A stretch of DNA of 64,000 bases, taken from Octopus vulgaris. Taxonomy: Eukaryota. Positions within the stretch are counted from its first letter, which is position 1. The number at the start of each line of letters is the position of its first letter. Location of the stretch: the NCBI GenBank assembly GCA_951406725.2, contig OX597835.1, positions 23,126,001-23,190,000 on the forward strand. The letters run 5' to 3'. Shown one piece after another: positions 26,584-39,576 of this stretch. A program made the translations under genes and the position numbers. The notes below the pieces were generated by a model that saw only the letters and a list, made by a program, of their open reading frames with translations, made no database searches and was not told the DNA's origin.

Positions 26584-29500
26584 ATGCATGCTCTATAATT
26601 CCAAAAAACTATTAAACTAAAAGAAATAACAGATCAGTTAAATGCTTTGTGTGTGTGTGCATGTGTGTGATTCTTAATTGTTAAAAAATAGTTGGCAAAT
26701 ATTTTAATCAAAAAATATATATATCAGGAAAAAAAATCAAATGAATTAGCAATTGTATATCATTTGCCATTCTAAAATGGTATTTTGATGCAGCAAAGGT
26801 TTCACACACACACACACACACATATATATATAACAAAAGAAAATAGTAAGTAGGTTAAAAAAAAAAACATTACATATTCATTTCACAAATTTAAAAGACA
26901 ATACAGTAATAAGGTGTGACCATTTATTTATTATTAAATATTTGTATAATGTGTGATCAACTACCTGCACTGGTAGAAATGGAAGACTGGAATTGAGTTT
27001 CAGAATATTTTGTAATCATATCTTGGGAATAACTGAGAAAATAAAATTATTTTACGAGCTAAATCAGATACAAATCTTCTTCTGAGGCTGTGAAGGACAC
27101 AGACACACACAATTACACACATATGTTCTGTATTGCAGTCACTCAATAGATTTACAAACAATTAGGCTCAACTAAAGAGAAATTTTAATTGCAACAAGAG
27201 TACAATAAATTTCTTAATACTTTTATAGGGAGAAAACTATTGTTAATCTGTAAATACAGTTTCAGTCAAAATAATTTTGCTTTTAAAATTAGTTTGTTCA
27301 AGAAGCTGTAAAAAGTCAATAAAATTTTATTCAAGCTCAACAAAAAAAAAAAATGCTGATTTTTTTTTTTTTTTAAGGTGACAAAATATTTACAGAACAG
27401 TGTTGATTGAAGTAACATTTTGTTTTAAACATTTTCAGTGATTATTATTATTATTATTATTTCTTGCTTCTTCTTACCACTATAACATGGGTAGATAGTT
27501 TAGCATGAATTGTGGGGTAGGTGTTTTTATTTGATTCACCTTTCATTTACTCAAATGCAGTTGTTCTCTGCTACATTATTGCCCTATATGAATTACAGCA
27601 GAGACCTCCCATATAAAAGAGAGAGCGGATAAGGAAGATTTGTTGCTTTCCCAAGAATGCTAAAGAAGCAAAAGCCAATTTATTCCTTCTTCCTGTTTAA
27701 CAATAATTCTGACCAATTGTACACTTGACCACTTTGTTACAATATTTTAATATCTGTTGCTTTCTTCCACTTCCTCATTATCCCTTGCTTTCAGAGATAA
27801 ACGTCTCCAATTTATGAACTTCAGTCCTCACTAGAAATCAACATCGGTCTTCAACCCCCCCCCCCACCTAAATAACCATGAACAGGTGTGCACAATGGAA
27901 TATCTCGACATCTCAATCTTGTAATTAAATATTCTAATAGAGCTCCTGATTAATTTCATGTCTCTTCTTTCATCTGACTTCTTTTATTATGTATATTCAC
28001 AATAGCCATCTTGAAGTATTATAGAATTCACAATACATAATTGCCCATATCAGTCCATCTGTCTGTCTCTCTCTCTCTCTCTCTCCCTTGCATGCAGAAT
28101 CCAATCCTTATACACCTTCTCCTAATCCAATGTTTTAATGGACATTTTCTACAGGCAGGTCATGGATTGGATAAAATTGCCCCCACCCCACCTAAAACCT
28201 ATTACCACTATCCTCTGTTTCCCATCAACTTATTAATTTATCAGTGAACAAATTGTGGACAGAGACCATATCTGCAATAATTGGATGGTTAAGAAGTTCC
28301 TTTTGCAGTCATGAAGTTTCCAGTTGAATCCAAGCATGACACATCTCTTGAATGAACCCAAATTTTGTGAGCGAAATTGAGATGGAAATTACGTAAAAGC
28401 CCTTTGGGTGGAGTTAACTTCTAACATGCCACATTGTGTCATGATGATTCAACCCAAGAGTTTTCATAAGGATATCAGTGTCTGTGGAATCCTCAACCAC
28501 TTACACATTAATGAGTGGGATTAAAACAACTGAATGCTCCTCATCAAAACCAAGAGAAGACAGATCCATTAAATTGTCCATTGGATACATAGTGACCTCT
28601 CTCTCTCTCTCTCCATATATATATATTCTTTTATTTGTTTCAGTCATTTGACTTCAGCCATGCTGGAGCACTGCCTTTAGTCAAACAAACCAACCCCAGG
28701 ACTTATTCTTTGTAAGGCTAGTACTTATTCTATCGCTCTCTTTTACATATATGTATATAAGTAATGCCTAGGGGACAGATGCATTCATTAAGATGACACA
28801 CTTTATACTATTTCGATGCCTCAAGTCTCAAACCAAACAAGGAGCTAAATAGCAGTAATATATTGGGGTCCAGTTGGATCTCTTTATTCCATTTCCGCCT
28901 TCTCAGAAGCCATTTCTACAATTCTCAGTTGAAATGGTTTGGCACAGAGTTAATGTTCCAAGAAAAGAAATACTAGATACACCATCAACTATTACTCTCC
29001 TGAAATGACTAAAGCCCCATTGAAGTCGAAATCAAAGAGATCGTTATGTACGCATTTCATTCATTCCTAATTAATCTATTCAGCATCTCAGCTTCTCTCC
29101 CCATCACCTTATTTCTGCTTCTGTTCATGGTTGAAATAAAGGTTGGAGGAGATGTGTGAGTTTGCCAATAATAAAAGTGTCCACTGCAGACATTACTCAG
29201 AGAAATTATGAGGAAAGAAATAAAATAATTTAACAATATCTCCAGGATGGGGTACTGGTTAATGCTTTACCCTTGATGTTTCTCATCAAGTAATTTATAC
29301 CTCATGATGATGTAGATGTGATTGTTCAAGATAACTCAGTAACACCTGTACCAGATGGTTGTAGACCATTTCCACAGTTAACTGACAGATTCTTACTACT
29401 ATGAATCACTCAGCTGTGTAGTTAGCGAACCGCTTGTCCCCTAACTACCAAGGCGCACTCATCTGTGAAACAGAGGACTGTTGGATACAACGGTAGATCA

Positions 29501-30605
29501 CTCAATGTGAAGTAGCAGTTTGTTTGGCTCTGTCTGCTGTGGTACACCTAATTGTGAAATAGGAGACTGCTTGATCCCCTACTTCCATTTGTGAAATAGG
29601 TTATTTGACCCTTATTGAAGAACATCCAGACATAATTTTATGACGTGACTTGATCAGTGACACAACACCATGGCTGGGGTAACTGTAGCAATAAAATTTA
29701 ATAGTCCGCTATCATAACCCCATAACCATTGTGTATTTCAGTGTTGGTCTTATTAATTTACAACTGTTAATTATCTGAATTTAACAATTTTTCTGTCTGT
29801 CTTTTTTTTTTTTTTTTTTTTTTTTTGGGTTTGGTTCTGTGAGAAACATTAGAAAGAACAGGGAGGAATTTAAGCAAGGATAGTTTCAGTGTCTGTTTAA
29901 CAAGTTCTTTCTGTCACAAAGAACAGTGTAGTATGAGGTTCTAAAAACCAACAATCTTAGTTAGTTTGTAGTAACATGTATTTAGTTGAACATCATTAAG
30001 TTTAATAATTAGTAAGAGGAAGAAGAGAGGAGGGAAAAAAAAAAGCAAAAAAATATTCTGTTAATTTGTTAATGAGTTGTTTAAGGTTGTGAAACACTGG
30101 GTAAAGTGGAATTGGTAACTGGGATAACAAACAGGGTCAAGTTAGTAAAGTTAGTGTACTTGAAACACAGAAAGTACCCAGACTGATGCAGTTATATAGA
30201 GCAAGTACATATGTATGTACATGTGGTGTTTTATGTGAGAGAGAGAGAGAGAGTGTGTTTGCTTGTGTGTGAGGGAGAGAGAGCAAGCATAAGAAAGGAA
30301 GAAACAGATAGCAAGCAGGAGGACAAGGGAAAAATAAAAAAAAAAAAAACAGCATTTAGATAAAAGATTTATCATTATATCATTTTGTTTTTTGTTTTGC
30401 TTTTCACAAACCAAACATTAACAAAAAAAAATTAAAACAAAAACAAAAATAATAATAATAATGTTCCGTCAGCAAACACGTCAGTATTTCAAAGTTTCCA
30501 AATACTTCTTTTTTTTTCTTTGTTTTTTTTTTTTTCCCTCTTCCTCCCCCGAGTGAAAAACATTGTAGAAGAGGGGAGTTAGTTTAGCAGTAGAGTTGAG
30601 GTTTT

Positions 30606-30838
30606 TTACCGATCATGGCAATAACAGAGTTCATGGTTACACCGAGAGTGGGGGATATATGTAGTATTGTTTACTCTACCTTTGGAATTACGAGGGAACT
30701 CGCACTCCTCACACTTCTCCAAAGCCGGGTGGTTGAGAAATGTGCAGGCAGCACAGTTCCAGTGTTCTCCTTCAAAGTCATTCATTGGTAGTGTCGGAGG
30801 TGTTTCAGGGTGGCGTGGTGGTAGAGGAGGGGGGGTCA
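30606..30838 (-). CDS. TAB2: TAB2/TAB3-like gene, NZF (RanBP2-type) zinc-finger exon with stop codon
   Basis: ttttccattgcag|TG ACC CCC; encodes [28 protein letters not shown], nearly identical to the TAB2 NZF ([24 protein letters not shown]); TAA at 30608-30606. The five exons total 1494 nt (498 codons). Confidence 0.93.
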
Positions 30839-30859
30839 CTGCAATGGAAAATAGATAAC

Positions 30860-30916
<57 letters not shown>

Positions 30917-31704
30917 ACAATACACACAAACACATGCATACATTAAGATATAAATACACACAGATGTGCACATCTATACATACGTATATATAGATATATA
31001 TATACACATACATGTGTATATCTATACATACGTATATATAGATATATATATACACATACATGTGTATATCTATACATACATATATACACATTTATTCATG
31101 CACATGTGCAATCTGCAATGGACAAGGAATAGTAAATGTATGCAACATATATGAATATATATACACACACACACACATAATATAAACCTTCACATATATC
31201 CCCATATATACATATACGTACAGGCTGTGATCACAGAATGATAAGAATGATAAGAAACTCTAAATCAATATGCAATGGCAAAATAGGACACAAGTGACCT
31301 CCCGACTATGTAATCACATAGCCTGCTCAACACAGTAGCCAATTCCCTTGCAAACGCTTTTGTGGCTAAATCTTATGAAATAATCTTTAATCTTAATGAC
31401 TTGTAGTGATGCGGTATTTCGTTATGCAACCATAATATACTATGAAGTATATTAAATGATTTTTTTTTATAAATCAATACCATGTTCTACTGTGTTAGCA
31501 GTGCACATTACATCGCTGAGATATCGGTATAGGTAACCATAGCAAAATCTTTTATCTATCTTTTACTTATTTCAGCAAATGGACTGCAACCATGTTGTGG
31601 CAGTGCTCTGAAGGGTATCAATCAAGCTAACTGACCCCAGTACTAATTTTTAAAAAATCTAGTTCTTATTCTATTGAAACATAATGCTAAGTTAAAGCAC
31701 TTAC

Positions 31705-31794
31705 ATTCGCGAGCAAATAAGGATCCGCTCTGACCAGTGTTCATATTCTTATAAAAGTTCTGTTGTTCTGAAGGATCAAGTACTCCGATGGGTG
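31705..31794 (-). CDS. TAB2: TAB2/TAB3-like gene, pre-NZF exon
   Basis: ttttaacag|CA CCC ATC ... GAA T|gtaagt; 90 nt, phase 1 to 1; (T)PIGVLDPSEQQNFYKNMNTGQSGSLFARE, with NFYKNM resembling NFYDNI of TAB2/3. Confidence 0.88.
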
Positions 31795-31854
31795 CTGTTA
31801 AAAGAAACAGAGTGTGAGTGTTAATCACATCAGGAGTATTTCGAAAGTTACATA

Positions 31855-32187
31855 GATATTTACAAAGTAAGAAAACAGCACAGCTCCCATGACTTCAGGA
31901 AACATTTTTTCACGCTGAGAGTTGCTGAAGCATGGAACAAACTGCCGGCATCGGTTGTTAGTTGTCGGAGCACTGCATCCTTCAAAACTTCCATGCTTCC
32001 TGAGATTCGCCAACACTACACCTGATTTTCTCCCCTCCATACACACACAAGCATGTATCTGACTCATACACTGTTCACTTTCCAGACATTTCTACATTAC
32101 TGCATGTACTTTATATGCACTTTCTGACAAGTTGTGGTGCACCTGAGCACTGTATACAATAATTTCATTATATTATATTATATTATA
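31855..32187 (+). mobile_element. CR1/L2-clade LINE 3' end
   Basis: Encodes YKVRKQHSSHDFRKHFFTLRVAEAWNKLPASVVSCRSTASFK, then a 3' UTR and an (ATT)n-like tail. Confidence 0.8.
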
Positions 32188-32619
32188 TGCACAAGCAACT
32201 ATAATAGGTAATAACTATACCAAAACTGTAACTAAACAATCACTCAATTGTTAATTAGATAAGTTGTTTACTACAATCAATGTAATTGCCAAGTTTATAT
32301 TTGAGATCAATACATTTGCCATATGGAGCATCTTAACAGAAGAAACAGCCACAGAATTCAAAATGTATCTGACCATCATAATTCCTTGGCATTAAAGAAC
32401 AGATAAAGAAATAAACATGCATACACACAACCACATCATCATAATCATCATTATTCTAATGTCCTCGTTTCCATACTTTTGCATGGCTCAAATGGAGTTT
32501 ATTGAGGTAGATTTTCTATGGTCAGATCTCCTTCCTGTCAGCAACTCCCACCCGTTTCCAAAAGCAAGGTAATATTTTCCCATGGTCAAACACGGTTCTG
32601 TAGAATATTCAAAATGAAT

Positions 32620-33030
32620 ATTGCATATGAACGAGGACAACTGTGTAAAGAAGTGCTGATCTCTAACTGTGGAGGGAAACTGTGGAACAGGTAGACACAG
32701 GAAGAATTGGGATGAGGTGCTGAAGCAGGATCTTCAAACGTTGGGCCTCACAGAGGAAATGACAAGTGACCGAAACCTTCGGTGATATGCCATGCTTGAG
32801 AAGACCTGTGAAGCCAAGTGTAATCATAATCATGGCCGATGCCAGTGTCACATAACTGGCACATAAAATGCACCCAGTACACTCTTGGAGTGGTTGGCAT
32901 TAGGAAAGGCATCCGAGTGTATAAACCATGTCAAATCAGACTGGAACCTGGTGCAGCCCTCCCTCCAGCTTACCTGTTTCAGTCAAACCATCTAACCCAT
33001 GCCAGCACGGAAAGCAGATAACAATGATGA
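32620..33030 (+). mobile_element. RTE LINE 3' end and 3' UTR with (GAT)n tail
   Basis: Homologous to 59090-59330 and to the tail ggagtggttggcattaggaa...aacccatgccagca...gatgatga. Confidence 0.75.
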
Positions 33031-34692
33031 ATGATGTTGTTTATATCACAACAACACTAACAACTATTATATGATGTCAAGATAAGAAGACCCAGGCACA
33101 CACACACACACACTCATACATACATACATATATACATACATACATATATATATGTGAACAATGAGAAAAAATGGACAACAGGACAAGTAAGCACAGAGAA
33201 ATGACCCTTCATCAGTTGCTGGCAGTCTGTCTACTCCGCATTTCAAGCATTCAATGACAAGATAAGCCTTCAAAGACAGTTTCTCCCATAAATTCTAAAA
33301 TAAAATTTAGGATTTATGGAGGGTCAAAGATGGGAAAAAAAAACACGAGTGGAGACATACAAGGAGAATGAACAAAAACAAACATGGAGGGTCGTTAGAC
33401 CAGAATGAGAGGAAAATAGTGAATGCTAGGAGAAACATTTTTTTGAAAAGAGAAAAGACAGAAGAGAAAGAGAAAAAAAACATGCCTGCACTTTTTATGT
33501 ATGTATGTGTGTGCGTGCGTGTGTGTGTGTGTGTATGTATGTATGCATGTATATATCTATCATCATCATCGTTAAACGTCCATTCTCCATGCTAGCATGG
33601 GTTGGACAGTTCGACCGGCGATTTGGGAAGCCAGAAGGCTGCAGTCGTATCTGGCAATGTTTCTACAGCTGGATGCCCTTCCTAACGCCAACCACTCCAT
33701 GAGTGTAGTGGGTGCTTTTTATGTGCCACCTGCACAGGTGCCAGGCGAGGCTGGCATCGGCCATATATATATATATATATTCATGCATGCATGTATATAT
33801 ATATATGCATGCATATGTGTATATGTGTGTATATATATATACACACAGTTATAGTTAGACCTGCAGAAGATTTGTCATTTGACTTTGAAATATTGGAAAC
33901 ATGAAACTGAAGAAAAAGTAATGGAAATTCCTGGTAGCAGGCAAAACAGGCAAAATGTAAATCAAAACAAGGGTAAACACACACACACACGTGTGTGTAC
34001 AACGGGCTTCTTCCAGTTTCCATCTACCAAATCTATTCACAAGGCTTTGGTTGGCCTGCTGAGGCTATAGTAGAAGCTGCTCAAGGTGCCATACAGTGGG
34101 CCTGAACCCAAGACCACATGCTTGGGAAGCAAGCTTCTCAACAATACAGCCATGTCTGTCACATCATTATGTGCCTCAAAACATCTCAAGAAGTTGTCGT
34201 AAACATTCATGAACTGCATATGATTAGAAACCAATCTCTTCAGGAAGCTGAACTACAGAAATATTTATCTACGTAACGTCTGACGACAGAATTCAGACTA
34301 CAAGTTTGATTATACAACGCTTCTCTGTAAACAATATTTCCAGTTAATCCTATGTTATTATTTATACCACAGGACAATCAACACACATACACACTTTGCT
34401 ATAACCAGTTAGAAACAGGATGTATAACCTGACGTACGTACACACAGCTTTCACTGTTATTTTGAAATATTTGTGGTATATTTCAAGGTTGTTCTCGCAT
34501 TCAGTTGTCCACAAAAGAAGCAGTATATAATAGATCGGTTTTGATGTTTCTCAATAAATATGACAAAAATCAGGCCTGGTAGGATATATTTGTCTTCAGA
34601 AATGATAGAGATTAAGGCCATTTCCCTACTCCCTACTGGTGACATGTAAAAGCACCCACTTCTTGGAGTAGTTGGCATTAGGAACCATGTCT

Positions 34693-34901
34693 CTTTTACT
34701 CTTTTACTTGTTTCAGTGATTTGACTGCGGCCATGCTGGATCACCGCCTTTAGTCGAGCAAATCGACCCCGGGACTTATTCTTTGTAAGCCCATTACTTA
34801 TTCCATCGGTCTCTTTTGCCGAACCGCTAAGTGACGGGGATGTAAACACACCAGCATCGGTTGTCAAGCAATGCTAGGGGACAAACACAGACACACAAAC
34901 C

Positions 34902-34966
<65 letters not shown>

Positions 34967-35130
34967 GACAGGCTTCTTTCAGTTTCCATCTACCAAATCC
35001 ACTCACAAGGCATTGGTCAGCCTTGGGCTATAGCAGAAGACACTTGCCCAAGATGCCACGCAGTGGGACTGAACCCGGAACCATGTGGTTGGTTAGCAAG
35101 CTACTTACCACACAGCCACTCCTGCGCCTA
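34693..35130 (-). mobile_element. CORE-type SINE, full length
   Basis: Full head-to-tail match to the family; internal (TA)n. Confidence 0.9.
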
Positions 35131-35341
35131 TGTCGATGTGTATAAATCATTGAAACATGGCTTACAAGTGCTTTGAGTGAAACATATATTCTGGTTTTTA
35201 TTTAATTTGAGTTGCATAGAAACCCCCTTATTACTCTAGCCCAGTGGTTCTCAACCAGGATCCATATGGCCCTTAGTGGGGGGCCCATATAAAATTCTGA
35301 TGTCGAAAAAATTTATTTGCAATGAATTAGTAATATCTCTA

Positions 35342-35778
35342 TAGTTGTATGCTGTCAACTTAATGTGACAGTCCCATGAAGGGAATCATACAACTGCTAT
35401 TTAGCCCTAGGAAGCAGCAACGCTTCCTGTCGGCTTTGACACATTTCCTGTGTCCTTATGTTTTCAAGGGGGAGATAAGCATCTCCACCCAGCTAAGCCT
35501 GCATCCAGAGACTAGTTTCCGAGTCTTTGCTCGTCATCAGTCTAGAGTAGCATGGCCTGCTAGTTGGAGATGCCTATCTAGCCTTTGCAAATATATAAGA
35601 ATTCTAGTGAAATACATTCACTGATTACGAAAACAGAAGTAATCCTAGGGTAAATAGCAGTAGTATGATTCCCTTCATGGGACTGTCATATTAAGTTGAT
35701 AGTATACAACTACTTTATTGTACCGTTACTGCATAAATCTCTCCGAGATATTTAGAAATGTATTATTTCTATTTTCAT
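35342..35778 (-). mobile_element. Non-autonomous hammerhead-containing element with long inverted repeats (probably Penelope-like derived)
   Basis: Inverted repeats at 35342-35412 and 35643-35712; inner hairpin 35473-35579 carries the ribozyme; flanked by near-duplicate 17-mers aattagtaatatctcta (35325-35341) and aatcagtaatatttcta (35779-35795). Confidence 0.7.
35504..35546 (-). ncRNA. Type I minimal hammerhead ribozyme
   Basis: Minus strand reads UCUAGA-CUGAUGA-CGAG-CAAAGA-CUCG-GAAA-CUAG-UC^UCUGGA. All core nucleotides present, stem I 6 bp, stem II 4 bp, palindromic ACUAGU stem III, GUC cleavage triplet (cut between 35510 and 35509). Confidence 0.85.
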
Positions 35779-35980
35779 AATCAGTAATATTTCTACAATA
35801 CACGAAGTATTTTAAAACTTTCTGTTTATACAAGTCCTAATATTTAATTGTCAAAATATACGATTTTTTAAACATCGAATGGTTAGGAGGGTCCATCTGA
35901 GTAAAATGGGAATCAAAAGGGTACACAGAAATAGTTGAGAAACACTACTGTAGCCATTGAGAACCCTATAAAACTATGTG

Positions 35981-36019
<39 letters not shown>

Positions 36020-36026
<7 letters not shown>

Positions 36027-36930
36027 AAGAATAGGCTGGGCAAAGTTCAGAGAGCTCCTATCTCTGCTGGTAACAAAGAGCCTCTCTCTCAGAGTGAAAG
36101 GCAGATTGTATGATATGTGTGAACAGCCATGCTACATGGCAGTGAAATATAGGCTGTGGCTCAAGGACATGCAAAGGCTTGTAAGAAATGAAGCTTATAT
36201 GCTCAGCTCTGCTGGATGTGTAATGTCAGTGTGCATGCATGACAGTGTAAGTGCCCTGAGAGACGACTGCGCTGGTATGGTCATGTGATGTGTATGGACG
36301 AGGAACAGCTGTGTGATGAAGTGTTGCACTTTAATGGTGGAAGGAACCCAAGACATGGGACAAGGTGTTGAAGCATTATATTTGAATGTTGGGCCTATTA
36401 TAGGCAATAATAAATGGCCGAGACCTTTGGCAATATGTCGGGCTTGAGAAGACCCATCAAGTCAAGTGAGATCATAGTCATGACCACTGCCAGTGACGCA
36501 TAACTGGCACGTAAAAAGCACCCTTTAAATGTCGGACGATATGCTGTGCTTCAGAAGACTTGTCAAGCCAAGTGAAATCATAGTCATGGCCAATGCCAGT
36601 GGCACGTAAAAAGCACCGTTTGAGCATTGGACCTCATGGAGGCAGTGACAAGTGACCGAGACCTTTGGCGATATACTGTGCTTGTGCAGACCTGTCAAGC
36701 CAAGTGAGATCATGGTCATGGACGATGCCGGTGTCACATCAATGGCACCTGTGCCATGGCAGGTTAAAGGCATCCACTACACTCTTGGAGTGGTTGGCAT
36801 TAGGAGGGGCTTCCAGCCATAGAAACCTTGCCAAATCATATTGGAACCTGGTGCAGCTCCCTGGCTTACCAGTTTACAGTCAAAATATCCAACCCATGCC
36901 AGCATGGAAAGTAGACGTTAAACAATGATG
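36020..36930 (+). mobile_element. RTE LINE C-terminal fragment plus 3' UTR
   Basis: RIRIGWAKFRELLSLLVTKSLSLRVKGRLY; repeated ggcacgtaaaaagcacc units; tail ending aacaatgatga. Confidence 0.8.
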
Positions 36931-37256
36931 ACGTGTCTCTTTTACACACACACACATACAGAGAGACATAGAGAGATAGTTTCATTTTTATGAGATCGCT
37001 AAATTGCATAGTTTTGGGTTTGACAAAATTTTTTAATTTAAAGAAAAAAAAAACAATAACACAATATTTCAGTATTATATAATAACCAATGTGAATGACT
37101 GTACACTCAGAGATGACTAAATGTCAGCTCTGTGAGTTCAACCAGTAAGTGAAGAACAGATAAAAACACACACACACGCATGCACACACACGTGCACACA
37201 CGCGCACGCACGCACACACACAATTATATTTATATAAATTTAAAGAAATGACCTAC

Positions 37257-37332
37257 TTTGTCCATTGTTGTGAGCGTCAAGTTCCTTCAGCATACCTTTT
37301 ATTTCAGCTTGTATTTTATAAAAGTCAGCAGG
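37257..37332 (-). CDS. TAB2: TAB2/TAB3-like gene, second coiled-coil exon
   Basis: tttaccag|CCT GCT GAC ... GGA CAA A|gtaggt; 76 nt, phase 0 to 1; PADFYKIQAEIKGMLKELDAHNNGQ, similar to LQIDIDCLTKEID of TAB2. Confidence 0.85.
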
Positions 37333-39174
37333 CTGGTAAATACAAAAGTTGTGAGAAACTAGATTAAATTTTAACATATTTGCAAGTTTATATCAAAGAT
37401 TCTCAAAGCTGACTTTAGGCAACTAATGTTTCTCAGAAACTTGGTTTGGAAAAGTTCTTTCACATTCTGCTATAAGGTATTTATTTCACTATCACAAGAA
37501 ATGTCAGCTTATTTTTTACTGTTTGGGGCACATAGAGGGCAAGAAACTTAATAATGCATATTGTCCCTTATATAGAGATATAAACAAAATAAAATGTACT
37601 TAATACATGTAGTAAAGTTCATTCTGTGTGTGTGTGTGTATGCCGGTATGGGTATGTGGTTAAGAGGCTCACTTTCCAACCATGGAGTTTCAGTTCAATC
37701 CCACACCACAGCACCTTGCATAACTACCTTGTACTATAGACCCAGGATGACTAACGCCTTGCAAGCAAATTTGATAAATGGAAACTGTGTGGAAGTCTGT
37801 TGTGTGTGTGTGCATGTTTGTCCCCATCTCACTGCTTGATAATCAGTGTTGGTTTCTGTAGTTAGTAATTCAGCAAGAGAGACCCATATAATAAGTACCA
37901 GACTTAAATAAAATAAGGGGGCTGATTTGTTCAAAATATATATACAAACATACATACACACACATCATTTTGTTCAAGAGATTTGAAATTTAAACAAACA
38001 GAATTCTCTGATATAGATGATATTTATCTATTATATATATAATTACAAACACACAGATATAGCTCGATTTAAGTTGTTCTCAAATATAAGTCGGTTTTCA
38101 AAAACAATATACGGAAAAATAAAAATCAAGTTATATCATTCTACTCAACTTTACATCTGTCCACCACAAATATTGGAATTGTAAAAATCACTAGAAATCC
38201 ATTAAAAGCACATAAAATCAATTCAGGAATGATTTTAAGGGGTTTGATAATGTTGCCATCAACAAAATGTTAGTGACTACGAGCGAAGAACTAGAAATGG
38301 ATTTGGAGGAGGAGGAGGATTTCACAGACAAACGAGGATTTGATAGACCTTCACAAGAATAAGAATGGAGAGAATCCCATCTTTAATTGGTGAGTATACC
38401 ATACATTAGTGATGATGGCTTCTATTGTGCCAACACGTTTAGATACAGAAAAGGGTATAAAATACCAGTCAAATTAATGTATCTGAATATATATGTGAAT
38501 ACAATGTTATCAAGGCAATCCAAAATGGGTTAAATTCATAAAGAAAAAGAACTTTTAGGAGAAATAAAATATTCTAAATAAGCCATTTTAGCATTTATCT
38601 TTTGATGACGTCAATAGATAAGGAAAGAATAAGAAATAAATACAGGAATTCTACGTCTCAACAATTAGAAATAGAAATTCTGCATCACAACAATTAGTTC
38701 ATATGCTTAAAAATTTTTTTTTTTAATTATGCATATTAGATTATAATTAATGGGTTATTTGGTATTGAAACAACCTTCTAATACATTTCCTATGTATTAT
38801 ATAATTACTTCTAAATTAGTATTATTGAATTGCAAAGGTAATTTTACATTGAAATGTTCTAACAAATATAGAAGAACATTTAAATATTTCAATACTAAAA
38901 TAATCCATTAATTATAATTGCATTTCCTATAATCTAATATATACTGGTGCCCCAGTATGGTGGCAGTCTAATGACTGAAACAAGTAAAAGATAAAAGACA
39001 TCTCTTTATTCTATTAACCAGCTGTGAAATAAGACATTGAGTCATTTGTATGTTGCTGTTGTTCAGAGTCAAGTCAATCCTCGTCAAGCAGACCAACAAT
39101 CAATAGGTATTCAAGCCCTTACTATCTAGTCGTTTATTCAACTTTTAAAATGGCTTTTTTTTTTTTTTTTTTTT

Positions 39175-39576
39175 TACTTGTTTCAGTCATTTGACTGCGG
39201 CCATGCTGGAGCACCACCTCTTAGTCAAGCAAATCGACCCCGGGACTTATTCTTTGTAAACCCAGTACTTATTCTATCGGTCTCTTTTGCCGAACCGCTA
39301 AGTGACGGGGACGTAAACACACCAGCATCGGTTATCAAGCAATGCTAGGGGGACAAACACACACAGACACACAAACACACACACACACATATACATATAT
39401 ATACATATATACGACAGGCTTCTTTCAGTTTCCGTCTACCAAATCCACTCACAAGGCATTGGTCGGCCCGGGGCTATAGCAGAAGACACTTGCCCAAGAT
39501 GCCACGCAGTGGGACTGAACCCGGAACCATGTGGTTGGTTAGCAAGCTACTTACCACACAGCCACTCCTGCGCCTA
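39175..39576 (-). mobile_element. CORE-type SINE, full length
   Basis: Close match to 34693-35130 and 55340-55713. Confidence 0.9.

Larger units (their letters stand above)
35241..35950. mobile_element. hAT-like MITE hosting the hammerhead element
   Basis: Ends cagtggttctcaacc ... gttgagaaacact are imperfect inverted termini of hAT-MITE type; a related element lies at about 7435-7790. Confidence 0.5.

Noticed and set aside
28760-29090. Possible old LINE fragment (DDTLYT, RDRYVRISFIP)
   Set aside because: Only short motif resemblances with many stops; cannot be supported without a profile search.
31405-31522. C/D box snoRNA-like motifs (GTGATG...CTGA)
   Set aside because: Imperfect C box, no terminal stem, and antisense to the host intron.
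38730-38940. AT-rich inverted repeat of about 32 bp
   Set aside because: Consistent with an ordinary decayed MITE; nothing distinctive.
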